This document shows positions 1 to 8,472 of a stretch of DNA of 12,529 nucleotides, piece after piece. Under the pieces are notes generated by a model. The model searched no databases and was not told where the DNA came from. It was given only the letters and a program-made list of their open reading frames with translations. The first letter of the stretch is position 1, and each line of letters starts with the position of its first letter. Source of the DNA: Azolla caroliniana (taxonomy: Eukaryota; Plantae; Polypodiophyta); NCBI GenBank assembly GCA_043228905.1, contig JBHGNT010001055.1, positions 1 to 12,529 on the forward strand, given 5' to 3'. The position numbers and the translations under genes are program-made.

Positions 1-306
1 AACATCCATCTTCTTCGTGGCTGCCTTGATTTGGTCTTTGGGTAATTAATTGTTTTCCTGTTCACTTTGTTGAACATAACTATTGAGTTATCTTTAGTTG
101 TACATAATTGTGTTTTAGCAGTATTATCAGCTGTACAGAATGATCTGTTTCCATTAAAAAGTTCAATTCTATGATGTTAATTACGAACACTTTCTTGTGC
201 AGGGATTTTTATACCATCTCCACCACAATCATGTGAATGTCCTGATATAGAGACAAATGAAGTGAAAGTTCCCCTATGCGAAAAAGTCTCACATCAAAAT
301 GAATGA
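1..306 (+). CDS. 3' end of a Spinster-like MFS transporter (sphingolipid transporter spinster homolog). Partial; exons <1..41 and 203..306
   Basis: Frame 2 reads TSIFFVAALIWSL up to a G|GTAATT donor (42). A pyrimidine-rich TTTCTTGTGCAG| acceptor ends at 202. The phase-1 join gives ...TSIFFVAALIWSLGIFIPSPPQSCECPDIETNEVKVPLCEKVSHQNE* (TGA 304-306). This resembles, from memory, the last TM helix of plant Spinster homologs (LTSILFLAAAIWFIGIF) followed by an acidic tail. Confidence 0.72.
42..202 (+). other. Spliceosomal GT-AG intron (161 nt) of the Spinster-like gene
   Basis: GTAATT start, T-rich body, TGCAG end. Removing it restores the W-x-x-G-I-F helix. Confidence 0.7.
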
Positions 307-1099
307 CTCTGTTTGTAATATTTATAACATTTTTACGCTGTAAATTTTCTCTCGACGAGGCTGTAAATATTTGTAAAAGAACTGAACCCTTGTATATCAA
401 AGAAATGCAAGGGATATTACAGTTCATATTGTACATAAAAATGCAAAGAATACTTACATTCTCTTTGTCTCCAGATACCTTATGTCCTCTTGAACGCACA
501 TTTGTTTTGAGTTAGTATTCAGAGTGAACAGATTTTACCTGTATAAGGGATTTGGAAATTAGAGGAACTCGACTGTGTGCGCGATGATTATTAGTTTGTA
601 ATAGTCTTCTTGTTTCAGAAGCACACGTTCCATTTGTAACATCCTTAAGAATTCCAATAGAATTGTAAGTGACAAATGTAATGCTCAATTGTACACTGTA
701 TTTAGAATTCATCACCCTATGGTTTATGACTCACATTAATCAAAGGTACGCGTTTCTTTGTGATGTACTTAAATCAGCAGGGAATTCAAGTGATTTTGAT
801 TGCATAATTTTCAATGTGGTTCTGTAAACTGGATCATTATGTCTTATTACACAGTCAAAATTGTGATCACCTACTCTACTGCAACTAACAGAAGAGGAAA
901 CTCTTGGTCATGTACCTATAACAATTCAATTTATTTTAGTAAGAGAACTTGGTTTTAGTTTTGAAAGAGAATGTGGACACAATTTTCTCGATTGTTCATG
1001 TGGGTCATGTGTGCAATTCAAGAATTGTGTCAATTACTCAAGAGTTCTGTGAATTTGTGTGGTTATTCATTGCTGTTTTTCTCAAGAGGCACGCCATCC

Positions 1100-1133
1100 T
1101 ATTACCTTGATAATTGAAATTATCAAGGTAATA
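1100..1133. repeat. Perfect 16-bp inverted repeat with 2-nt spacer
   Basis: TATTACCTTGATAATT (1100-1115), GA, AATTATCAAGGTAATA (1118-1133). Confidence 0.95.
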
Positions 1134-1767
1134 TTTGAAGGCTATGGTTACACCACAAATTCCCAACAGTTTTTTCATAAGAGGCTAGACATTCATGTAC
1201 CTTGATGATTGTAATTTGGAGTAGCTACCAAACTTCTGTTTTCTGATGGTGCATATTCATAAAGATGCTGGATTGAAGAGGAATACCAGTAATGATTTTG
1301 ACTAGTATGCAAAGATTGGATGGATAGCCTTAGCTGCATACTCTGGTCAAAGCTGTCTAAATAGCCTATGTTCAAGATTTACTCTTTCCTTCAAGCTCAA
1401 ATTTCACAATAAAAATTTGTTGGTTGGAAGTTACTATTCACAGGGGGTTTGCAATTAAAGAGGATTTGCTTTGGCATCAGACTTTTGTGACACTGAGAAT
1501 TACTATGCATTCGTTAAACCATAGAAATTCCCAAATAGCACATATGTTTACGTAAGAGTGAAGGAATTGGCGAGACATAATTTCATGAATCAGAATTCTT
1601 CTTCAGAGTAGGGTCGTCTAGGGGCAATAAAGAAATGCATGGGGTTGCTTTCAGGGTTTTATAAAATTAGAGGTTCAATTTTATATAGTTTAGAAGAATT
1701 CTCCCCATGCCCATTCATGAAATGTACCCAATATTGGATTCTGACTCACTTTCACCACACTTCTGTG

Positions 1768-1791
1768 CTTCTTCTTCTTCTTCTTCTTCTT
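1768..1791 (+). repeat. (CTT)8 microsatellite, probably in the PPR 5' UTR
   Basis: Direct reading. Pyrimidine-rich CTT tracts are typical of plant 5' UTRs. Confidence 0.9.
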
Positions 1792-1797
1792 TTGAGA

Positions 1798-1806
1798 TTA
1801 GGGTTT
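1798..1806 (-). promoter_or_regulatory. Telo-box (AAACCCTAA) near the putative PPR transcription start
   Basis: TTAGGGTTT on + immediately after the CTT tract, about 150 nt before the proposed ATG. Function is inferred only. Confidence 0.5.
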
Positions 1807-1950
1807 CTGCGTCTTCAATGTTAGCATCAAGTTTTTTAGATCATTACTAAGTTGAGAACCCGAGGAACTGAAAATGAAATGGATGAGACCTGAGAACTAA
1901 TGCTTGAAATTTCTTGAGAAGAAAAGCTTCATTAATTCTCAGATGCTTTG

Positions 1951-4268
1951 ATGCAAACTTTAGAGATTTCTTTCAGGTAATTCATTTCAATGGCTCTAAA
2001 GATTAATTATGAGTTCTCTCAGTAATCAAGAACTCTTATCGTGTTCATTTTTTGTGTGCGTTTTATTATCATTATCATCATAGAAAGCTATGGAAACAAG
2101 GGCATTTTGACGAGCTTCTTCAAACTATTTATGTAATTGAGAAACAAGGATGTGTCATCTCTCAGCAATATGCTTATTTACTTCTAAAGGTATGCATTAA
2201 GAAGAAAGACCTGGCATCTGGAAGAAAGGTTCGGTCGCTTATAGAAAGAAGTGGACTATATTCGGATTCGCTTCTCGGAGATCATCTTATCCGTCTTTTC
2301 TCTTCATGTGGAAGCATTATAGATGCAGAAGAAACCTTTTGGAAGGTACCCAATCCGTCAGTATATACATGGAATGCGATCATTTCGGCTCAATCCAGCA
2401 TCGATGCAAACAAAGCTCTTGGATTGTTTCGCAAAATGTATCAGGTTGGTGTCACCCCAGATGTAGTTACTTTTCTATCTATATTGAAAGCATGTGCTTT
2501 GATAGGGGCATTGTTCAAAGGAAGGTTGATACATGATGAGGTTATCCGATGTGGACTAATATGTCGGGCTTTGAGCAATTCTCTTATCGATATGTATGCG
2601 AAATGTGGTAGTTTAGAGGATGCATTATCCATTTTTTATGGTCTAACTGATAAGAATGTGGTTTCATGGGGTGCATTGATGGCTGGGTATGCCGATTGTG
2701 AAAGTAAATGTAGTCTTGTATTTGAGCTTTTTGAGAAAATGAAAAAAGAGGGCATTGAACCCAATAGACCAGTTTTCTTGTGTGTTTTGAAAGCTTGTTC
2801 CTCACTGAGGGATATGAATCGAGGACACCTTGTACATTATGAGTTAATCAAGGTTGAACTTGATAGAGAACCAGCTATTGGAAATACGCTTATTGATATG
2901 TACACAAAGCTTGGTTTCTTAGAAGATGCTTGTAGAGTTTTTGAAAAGTTGTCTGATAGAAATGTTGTGTCATGGGATGTAAGGATTTCAGGACTTGTCC
3001 AACATGGGCATAACCTCCTTGCTCTAGAGATTTTCAAAAAGATGCAACAAGAGGGGTTGAAACCCAATAAATATACGTTTTCAAATATTTTGAAAGCATT
3101 TTCTATGCAAGGTAGTGTGGATGATGTCAAAGCGCTACATGATCAGTTAGTGAAATGCAGCTTTGAATCTTGTATTGTTACCATGAATACACTTATTGAT
3201 GTCTATGGGAAATCTGGGCACATCTGTGAGGCAAGCAATGTGTTCGAGGCTTTGCAAAATAGAGATATAGTATCATGGGGCACATTAATAGCAAGCTGTG
3301 TTCAGCACGGGCTAGATCATACTGGTCTTGCTTATTTTGAAAGGATGCAAGTAGAAGGGTTTTCTCCAAATGAGGCTGTATATGTGTCTGTATTAAAGGC
3401 ATGCATTATGGTGGGAATGCCTTTGCAAAGCATGATTTTGCATCATCAAATTATAAGAGCTGGGATAAGATTAGATGTGGCAATCGGAACTACCCTCTTA
3501 AATATGTATGGAAAATTAGGACATATACGAGAAGCAAGCAAAGTGTTCCATACTATGAAGGATATGAACGAAGTAACTTGGGGATCTATGGTAGCAAGCT
3601 ATGTGGAAAATGGGTTTTGTCGTGCTGCTCTTAAGACATTCATCAAAATGCAAGACGAAGGTAATAAACCTGAAAAAGCATGTTTCTTGTACATTTTTAA
3701 AGCATGTGGCCAATTAGGAGCTCTAGAAAGCAGTCTCATACATGGACAAATCATTGAAATTGGATTGATGATGGATGTGGAAATAGTTAGCGCCCTCATT
3801 CATATGTATGTCAAATGTGGAAGCTTGTGTGATGCATATAAAGTTCTCAATAGTATTCCAAATGGGAATATAGTATCGTGGGGTGCAATGATTGCAGGAT
3901 TTGCTCGCACTGGCCTTTATGAGAAAGCTGGGGAATGTGTGCAGACTATGAACAATCTTGGCTTGAAACCAGACAATGCGATCTTCATCAATCTTCTATG
4001 TGCTTGCACCAATGCTGGTTTGCTTGAACAAGGTTGTGAAGTCTTCTCATCCATGAGAGAGAGCTATGGAGTTGAACCCATAATAAACCACTACAATTCC
4101 CTAATTGATCTCCTTGGACGAACAGGATTAATGGATGAAGCAGAAGATCTTTTATTATCCATGCCGACCACCTCAGATGTTTATGGGTGGATTTCCTTAC
4201 TGTCTTGTTGTAAGAAACATTGTAATGTGGATTTAGCAAGCCGATGTTTGGTTCAAGTCATTTATTGA
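1951..4268 (+). CDS. PLS-class pentatricopeptide repeat protein (organellar RNA-editing factor family), about 736 aa. Exons 1951..1976 and 2084..4268; ends in a truncated E1 motif
   Basis: The long ORF 2052..4268 parses as (partial P)-L-S, (P-L-S)x5, P2-L2-S2 and E1 (e.g. VYTWNAIISA, NSLIDMYAKCGSLEDA, HYNSLIDLLGRTG, WISLLSCCKKHCNVDLA). The ORF-track start is a TTG in T-rich intron-like sequence with an in-frame TGA at 2010, and the first in-frame ATG is at 2436. ATG 1951 plus the CAG|GTAATT donor (1977) and CATAG| acceptor (2083) give an in-phase join MQTLEISFRKLWKQG. The product is secure; the exact start is less so. Confidence 0.92.
1977..2083 (+). other. Proposed first intron of the PPR gene (107 nt, phase 2)
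   Basis: Strong CAG|GTAATT donor, T-rich tract and TAG acceptor. The phase matches the PPR frame. Confidence 0.6.
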
Positions 4269-4324
4269 AGCTCTTGTACAGTTAACCCAATCCCTAGATC
4301 CAATCAGAACACTTCTGTACATTA

Positions 4325-4892
4325 ATGATTAGTGAAAAGTAAACAGGCTGTGGCCAGCATGTATGTTAATCAACATATGAACTGCAGAAGCCAATTATGA
4401 GACTACGATACAAACACATCTGTGTTTAGTATGCAATTATCAAATAGTGATGGAATTCCTTGCCTAGATTCTTTCTCTTCCTAAGAGCCACAATTTCTTC
4501 AGATACAAGGATCTCATCGCACCCCTCAATATCTCACTTGTCGATCGTTCATCTATCAATGTTTCCCCATTAATATTATAGCACTTCCAACGAAAAGAAT
4601 ATACTGCTTAGACAAATCTGCACTGAGATTTGGCTAGAAAAAAGAAAGAAATCTTAACATCTTATTGGAGGTCAAGATAGCATATGAGACCAAAAGAGAA
4701 TTACTATTCAATAGATATTAGGAGTTGCTAAAAATAGGGAATCTTGGTTTCTTTTCACTAAACCAAGAACGTCAAAGAAACCAAGATTCCCAATTTTTCA
4801 ACCTTATCAATCATAGGATATTCAGAGGAGGACAACAGTGAAAGAAAACTGAAATTCCCCATTCTTCAACCACAATACTTTTCACTAAACAT
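4325..4892. mobile_element. Candidate MITE-like non-autonomous DNA transposon remnant
   Basis: Imperfect 17-bp terminal inverted repeat: ATGATTAGTGAAAAGTA (4325-4341) vs TACTTTTCACTAAACAT (4876-4892), 16/17 match. An internal ~35-bp motif is present in both orientations (4724-4759 reverse; 4774-4802 and 4837-4870 forward). TTA/TAA trinucleotides lie near both ends, but there is no clean TSD. Confidence 0.35.
4730..4798. repeat. Hairpin: 25-bp inverted repeat (24/25 match, 18-bp perfect core) with 19-nt loop
   Basis: AAAAATAGGGAATCTTGGTTTCTTT (4730-4754) pairs with AAAGAAACCAAGATTCCCAATTTTT (4774-4798). Confidence 0.9.
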
Positions 4893-6130
4893 GTAAGTAG
4901 AAAATTGTATGGTTCTTGATACTGCAAACACTGTTGCAAAGATACATATGTTTTCTACTCTGTTCATATTCTAGTAAGTAAATCGCGAAAGTGTTTATTG
5001 GTTTATAAGAGGTGTTACTTTGTAGGCATTTGGCCACTTTCTTTCAAACTTCTGATGTCTTATTATTTAATTAAATTCTAGTTATATTTTACTTGTTTGA
5101 GTTGTAAATCGAATTGTCAAAAAATCCTAGTCACAATCAACCTAATAAGTACTTAGTCGATTATCAAATATACTTTGATTTAGCTCTGATATAAATTAAT
5201 TGACTCCATACAGCTGATATGTTTCCCTGATATATCCTCTCAACTTTACTACAAAAATAAATGATTTATCACAACTCAAAAGCGTTGGATCGAATACACT
5301 GGTGTTTTTATATCAGAAATTTACAATGCAAGAAATAGAACGTTTCAATTAGACAAATTTCAAACACAGACTATCCAGTTAATCAACAGCCAAGTGAATT
5401 AAGCCACATCTGCAGCCACAAAGAATGGCTCCAATTATATTCTGTGTACAGTGAAACAGTTTGAACGATATCAATTCAACAATAAATGCTGCATTTTCGG
5501 GGAAGACATGATTTAAAAATACGGAATATTGGGGGCTCCAATAAAGGACAAACCCTATTCAAAAATAATATAACAAAGCAATTTCCGATTTTATGACTTA
5601 TAAATATCTCTTTTCCACAGCACATTAAAGTAAGACGTTCTAACTTTTCCACTTTCGAATCAATATGCAACATTAAAAAAATTTCAATATTAACTCTGCT
5701 CACGTTACTACACGTCCATCCATGGCTTCATAATTAAAGAAAGCTACGTTTTCATGCTTAAAACAGCCCCCCATTCCTTAAAGTGGTTAATGATGTCGCT
5801 ACTCAGAAAGACTTGAATGGATAGAATACAAAAAATATAATTATTAACACTAAAGATCTGCATTCGTTAAAACTAGAAATTTACAGCTAAATGACAACAT
5901 TGTCTGGAAGACAAAAAGGAACAACTGAATTGCATAATATATTCATAATTGAATTGAGTCTGATACAATGAGATACAATAACATAATCCTACGACGAGAA
6001 GTGTTACTTCATAAAAATAAAGAGACAGAAATGAATGCGAAGCTTCTGCCCCCACCCCAAATAGGAAAGATGGAAAAAAGAACCTAAACTTGGAGTCCTT
6101 GAAAAAGCAAAAGCCTATGGCATACGATAC

Positions 6131-6257
6131 ATGACTAAAATCAAACAAACTGCATGGCCCAAAATCACATATAATGACCTAAAAATCACATAATGACTAA
6201 AATCAGACAGACTGCATGGCCCAAAATCACACATACAATGACCTAAAAATCACATAA
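6131..6257. repeat. Tandem duplication of ~62-65 bp (2 copies) downstream of, or in the 3' UTR of, the PDF1-like gene
   Basis: ATGACTAAAATCA(A/G)ACA(A/G)ACTGCATGGCCCAAAATCACA...AATGACCTAAAAATCACATAA starts at 6131 and again at 6193. Confidence 0.9.
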
Positions 6258-6480
6258 CGTGCAACCAAAATTCACAGCAAAAAGAGCCTGACAAGAATCA
6301 CAACCCCAAAAACCAACCCATATATAGATAGAATGACCCACAATCAACCCCATGTAAATAGTAACCCTAATCTTTTTGTTTTTCTTAAAGGAACTCTGCG
6401 ATAAAATATGGGACTTAGGTTACAGTCCGACTACATGAGAAGGAAATTTAAGAAAGAAAGAAAATTGGACACTACATTCA

Positions 6481-7794
6481 TTACATGGCTTCATTGAAGC
6501 TCTGGAATTTCATGGCTTGGGAGGAGGCAAGATCAGGGGAGTCAAGAGCAGAGTTGAATTGGGCGACAACTTCTCCAGGGGAGAGAGGGAAATCACGGTA
6601 CTTGTAGGAGTTGATCAGAGATGCAGAGGCCTCTCTGGCCAGGGCGGACATGGGGTCTGAGCTTGTGTCCTTGAGAGCTCCATAGACTGTAGGAGCAGGC
6701 TTGTGCACGAAGAATTTGAGGAGGCGTGGCCCAAAGATGCGAGCTATGGAGGCCACCAGAGACAGGATCCTCGGCACACCTCCAGGGTTCGCTCCCCAGT
6801 ACCTGCAGAATCAACAGGAACCATTTAGTAACATATCAACACATGATTTTGAGACCTAATCCTGTCAACCTAATCAATTTATGCTACATCCTGCATGCAT
6901 GCATAACACACTCCATTCTCCTGCAGAATGTATATGGATTCTTTCATACAATGCAGGTGCTCAGACATGCATGGAACCACAGATAGATCTAGCTGAGCAA
7001 GTTAGGGTTACAATGTGCATACTCTTAGCTAAGCACAAGGATCAAGCATGTAAACGGGCATGGAGAAATGCAATACAAACAGGCAGACAGAATGCCTCAG
7101 AGGAGAAGACCATGGAATCACAGATAGATATAGCTGAGCGAGATAGGGTTACAATGTACATACTCTTGAACTAAGCACAAAGATCAAGCATGTAAACGGC
7201 CATGGACAAATGCAATACAAACAAACTGACAGACTACCTTAGAGGGGGATACAGAGAGCAGAGAGATAGTCCATGCTTTACTTACTTGCAGGTTCCATGG
7301 CCACTGTGAGACCCATAGCCGCCGAAGCCACCGCCAGTGGTTGGGGTAGAGGTGACAGGAGATGGGGTGGAGGTGATGGGTGGCAGGTTGACAACAGGGG
7401 AGGAAGAAGAACCAGAGGATGGAGAAGAAGAAGAAGAACCAGAGGATGGAGATGAAGAAGAAGAACGAGAGGATGGAGAAGAAGAAGAACCAGAAGATGG
7501 AGAAGAAGAAGAAGAACCAGAAGATGGAGAAGAAGAAGAAGAACCAGAAGATGGAGAAGAAGATGAGCCAGAGGATGGAGAGCCATAGCTAGGGGTGTTT
7601 CTCAATGGAGAAGCAGAAACAGGGGAGCTTCCAGAGGAAGAAGAGCGGGAGCCAGAGCCAGAGCCAGAGCCAGAGCCGGTGTCATAGCCACTAAGCTTCC
7701 TGGAAGAAGAAGAGATAGTGTGAGCTGAAACAGAGGAGGCCAGCAGCAGAGCCAGAAGAAGGCAGAGGTGAGAAGAAGATGAAGAAGAAGCCAT
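6481..7794 (-). CDS. PDF1: PROTODERMAL FACTOR 1-like secreted cell-wall protein, 276 aa. Exons 7794..7286 and 6802..6481
   Basis: Signal peptide (LCLLLALLLASSVSA), then a Ser/Pro/Gly-rich repeat region. The AA|GTAAGT donor (7285) and TTCTGCAG|G acceptor (6803) join the 170-aa and 98-aa ORFs into GTCKYWGANPGGVPRIL...GALKDTSSDPMSALAREASASLINSY...FPLSPGEVVAQFNSALDS...AMKFQSFNEA. This matches the PDF1 C-terminal domain as I recall it (GTCxYW..P...ALxNTRxDxxGALxREGTASxLNS...FPF...QV...F..AL.S...A..F..ANEG). Confidence 0.9.
6803..7285 (-). other. Spliceosomal intron of the PDF1-like gene (483 nt, phase 2)
   Basis: Consensus GTAAGT donor and TGCAG acceptor on the minus strand. Splicing restores the GTCKYW motif. 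Confidence 0.9.
6970..7247. repeat. Tandem duplication of ~141 bp (2 diverged copies) inside the PDF1-like intron
   Basis: CATGGAA(C/T)CACAGATAGAT(C/A)TAGCTGAGC...GGGTTACAATGT...AAGCATGTAAACGG.CATGGA.AAATGCAATACAAACA begins at 6970 and at 7111. Confidence 0.9.
7399..7578 (-). repeat. Coding minisatellite: 7 units of 24/27 nt encoding PSS(G/R)SSSS(S)
   Basis: Units of 8, 9, 9, 8, 9, 9 and 8 aa (60 aa, 180 nt), all in frame. Confidence 0.92.
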
Positions 7795-7859
7795 TGAAGC
7801 TGTTGATGAATCTACAGAGAGAATTCAGAAGGAAGGCAAAGGGACTAAACTAACTGATT

Positions 7860-7892
7860 TTCTTCTTCTTCTTCTTCTTCTTCTTCTTCTTC
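7860..7892. repeat. (TTC)11 microsatellite, read as (GAA)11 in the PDF1-like 5' leader
   Basis: Direct reading, about 65-100 nt upstream of the ATG at 7794. Confidence 0.9.
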
Positions 7893-7919
7893 TGCTTGTA
7901 GTAGTGAACTGAGTTGAGC

Positions 7920-7927
7920 TAAATATA
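7920..7927 (-). promoter_or_regulatory. Possible TATA-like box (TATATTTA) of the PDF1-like gene
   Basis: Only TATA-like element just upstream of the GAA-rich leader, about 130 nt from the ATG. Position-based inference. Confidence 0.35.
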
Positions 7928-7947
7928 CTGAGCTTTGGAGCTCACCA

Positions 7948-7949
<2 letters not shown>

Positions 7950-7982
<33 letters not shown>

Positions 7983-8262
7983 GAGTTTTGCTTTGGAAGA
8001 GAGAGAGTGGATTGGTGGACCCCCAGATTTTTGAACCTCCATGGGCCAGCTGGCCATTTTAATGAATGGGATGGCCTCTCTCTCTCTCTCTCTCAGAGGG
8101 AGGCCCTTCAATGTTGCTTCCTCCTCTCTCTCTGTCTCTCTCTCTCTCTCTTTCTCTTTCTTTGATTGAGACTGAGAGTAGAGAGTGACTAGTGTGTGTG
8201 GGTGTTGTGTGTGTGTGATAGAGAGAGAATGTATGTGTGTGATAAAGAGAAACATAGAGAGA

Positions 8263-8298
<36 letters not shown>

Positions 8299-8441
8299 TA
8301 GAGAGAGACAGAGAGAGAATGTATGTGTGTGATAGAGAGAGAATGAGAGAGTGAGAGAGAATGTGTGTGTCCGAGGGAGAAAGAGCGAGAATGTGTGCAT
8401 GTTATGGGAGGAGCGAGAAAGAGAGAGGGAGAGGGAATGTA

Positions 8442-8472
<31 letters not shown>

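Noticed and set aside
1100-1150. Helitron 3' hairpin interpretation of the palindrome
   Set aside because: The hairpin is AT-rich and no CTRR terminus lies at the expected distance on either strand.
209-1824. Short ORFs of 60-96 aa between the Spinster-like and PPR genes
   Set aside because: No recognisable domains, AT-rich UTR or intergenic composition, and one is partly a CTT-repeat translation.
2052-2083. ORF-track N-terminus MCAFYYHYHH of the PPR
   Set aside because: It starts at TTG, which is not a normal eukaryotic start, within a T-rich tract ending in a TAG acceptor. Most likely intron.
2306-4239. Short alternative-frame and antisense ORFs overlapping the PPR
   Set aside because: Shadows of the PPR coding sequence with no independent motifs.
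5476-6148. Minus-strand ORFs of 75 and 91 aa downstream of the PDF1-like gene
   Set aside because: Non-ATG starts, Phe/Leu-rich translations of T-rich DNA, and no motifs.
7273-7588. Acidic EEEEPEDG ORF (+), Arg-rich ORF (+) and Leu/His-rich ORF (-)
   Set aside because: Alternative readings of the stop-free Ser-repeat array of the PDF1-like exon 1.
6481-7794. Treating the 170-aa and 98-aa minus-strand ORFs as two genes
   Set aside because: Consensus splice sites join them in phase into one PDF1-like protein.
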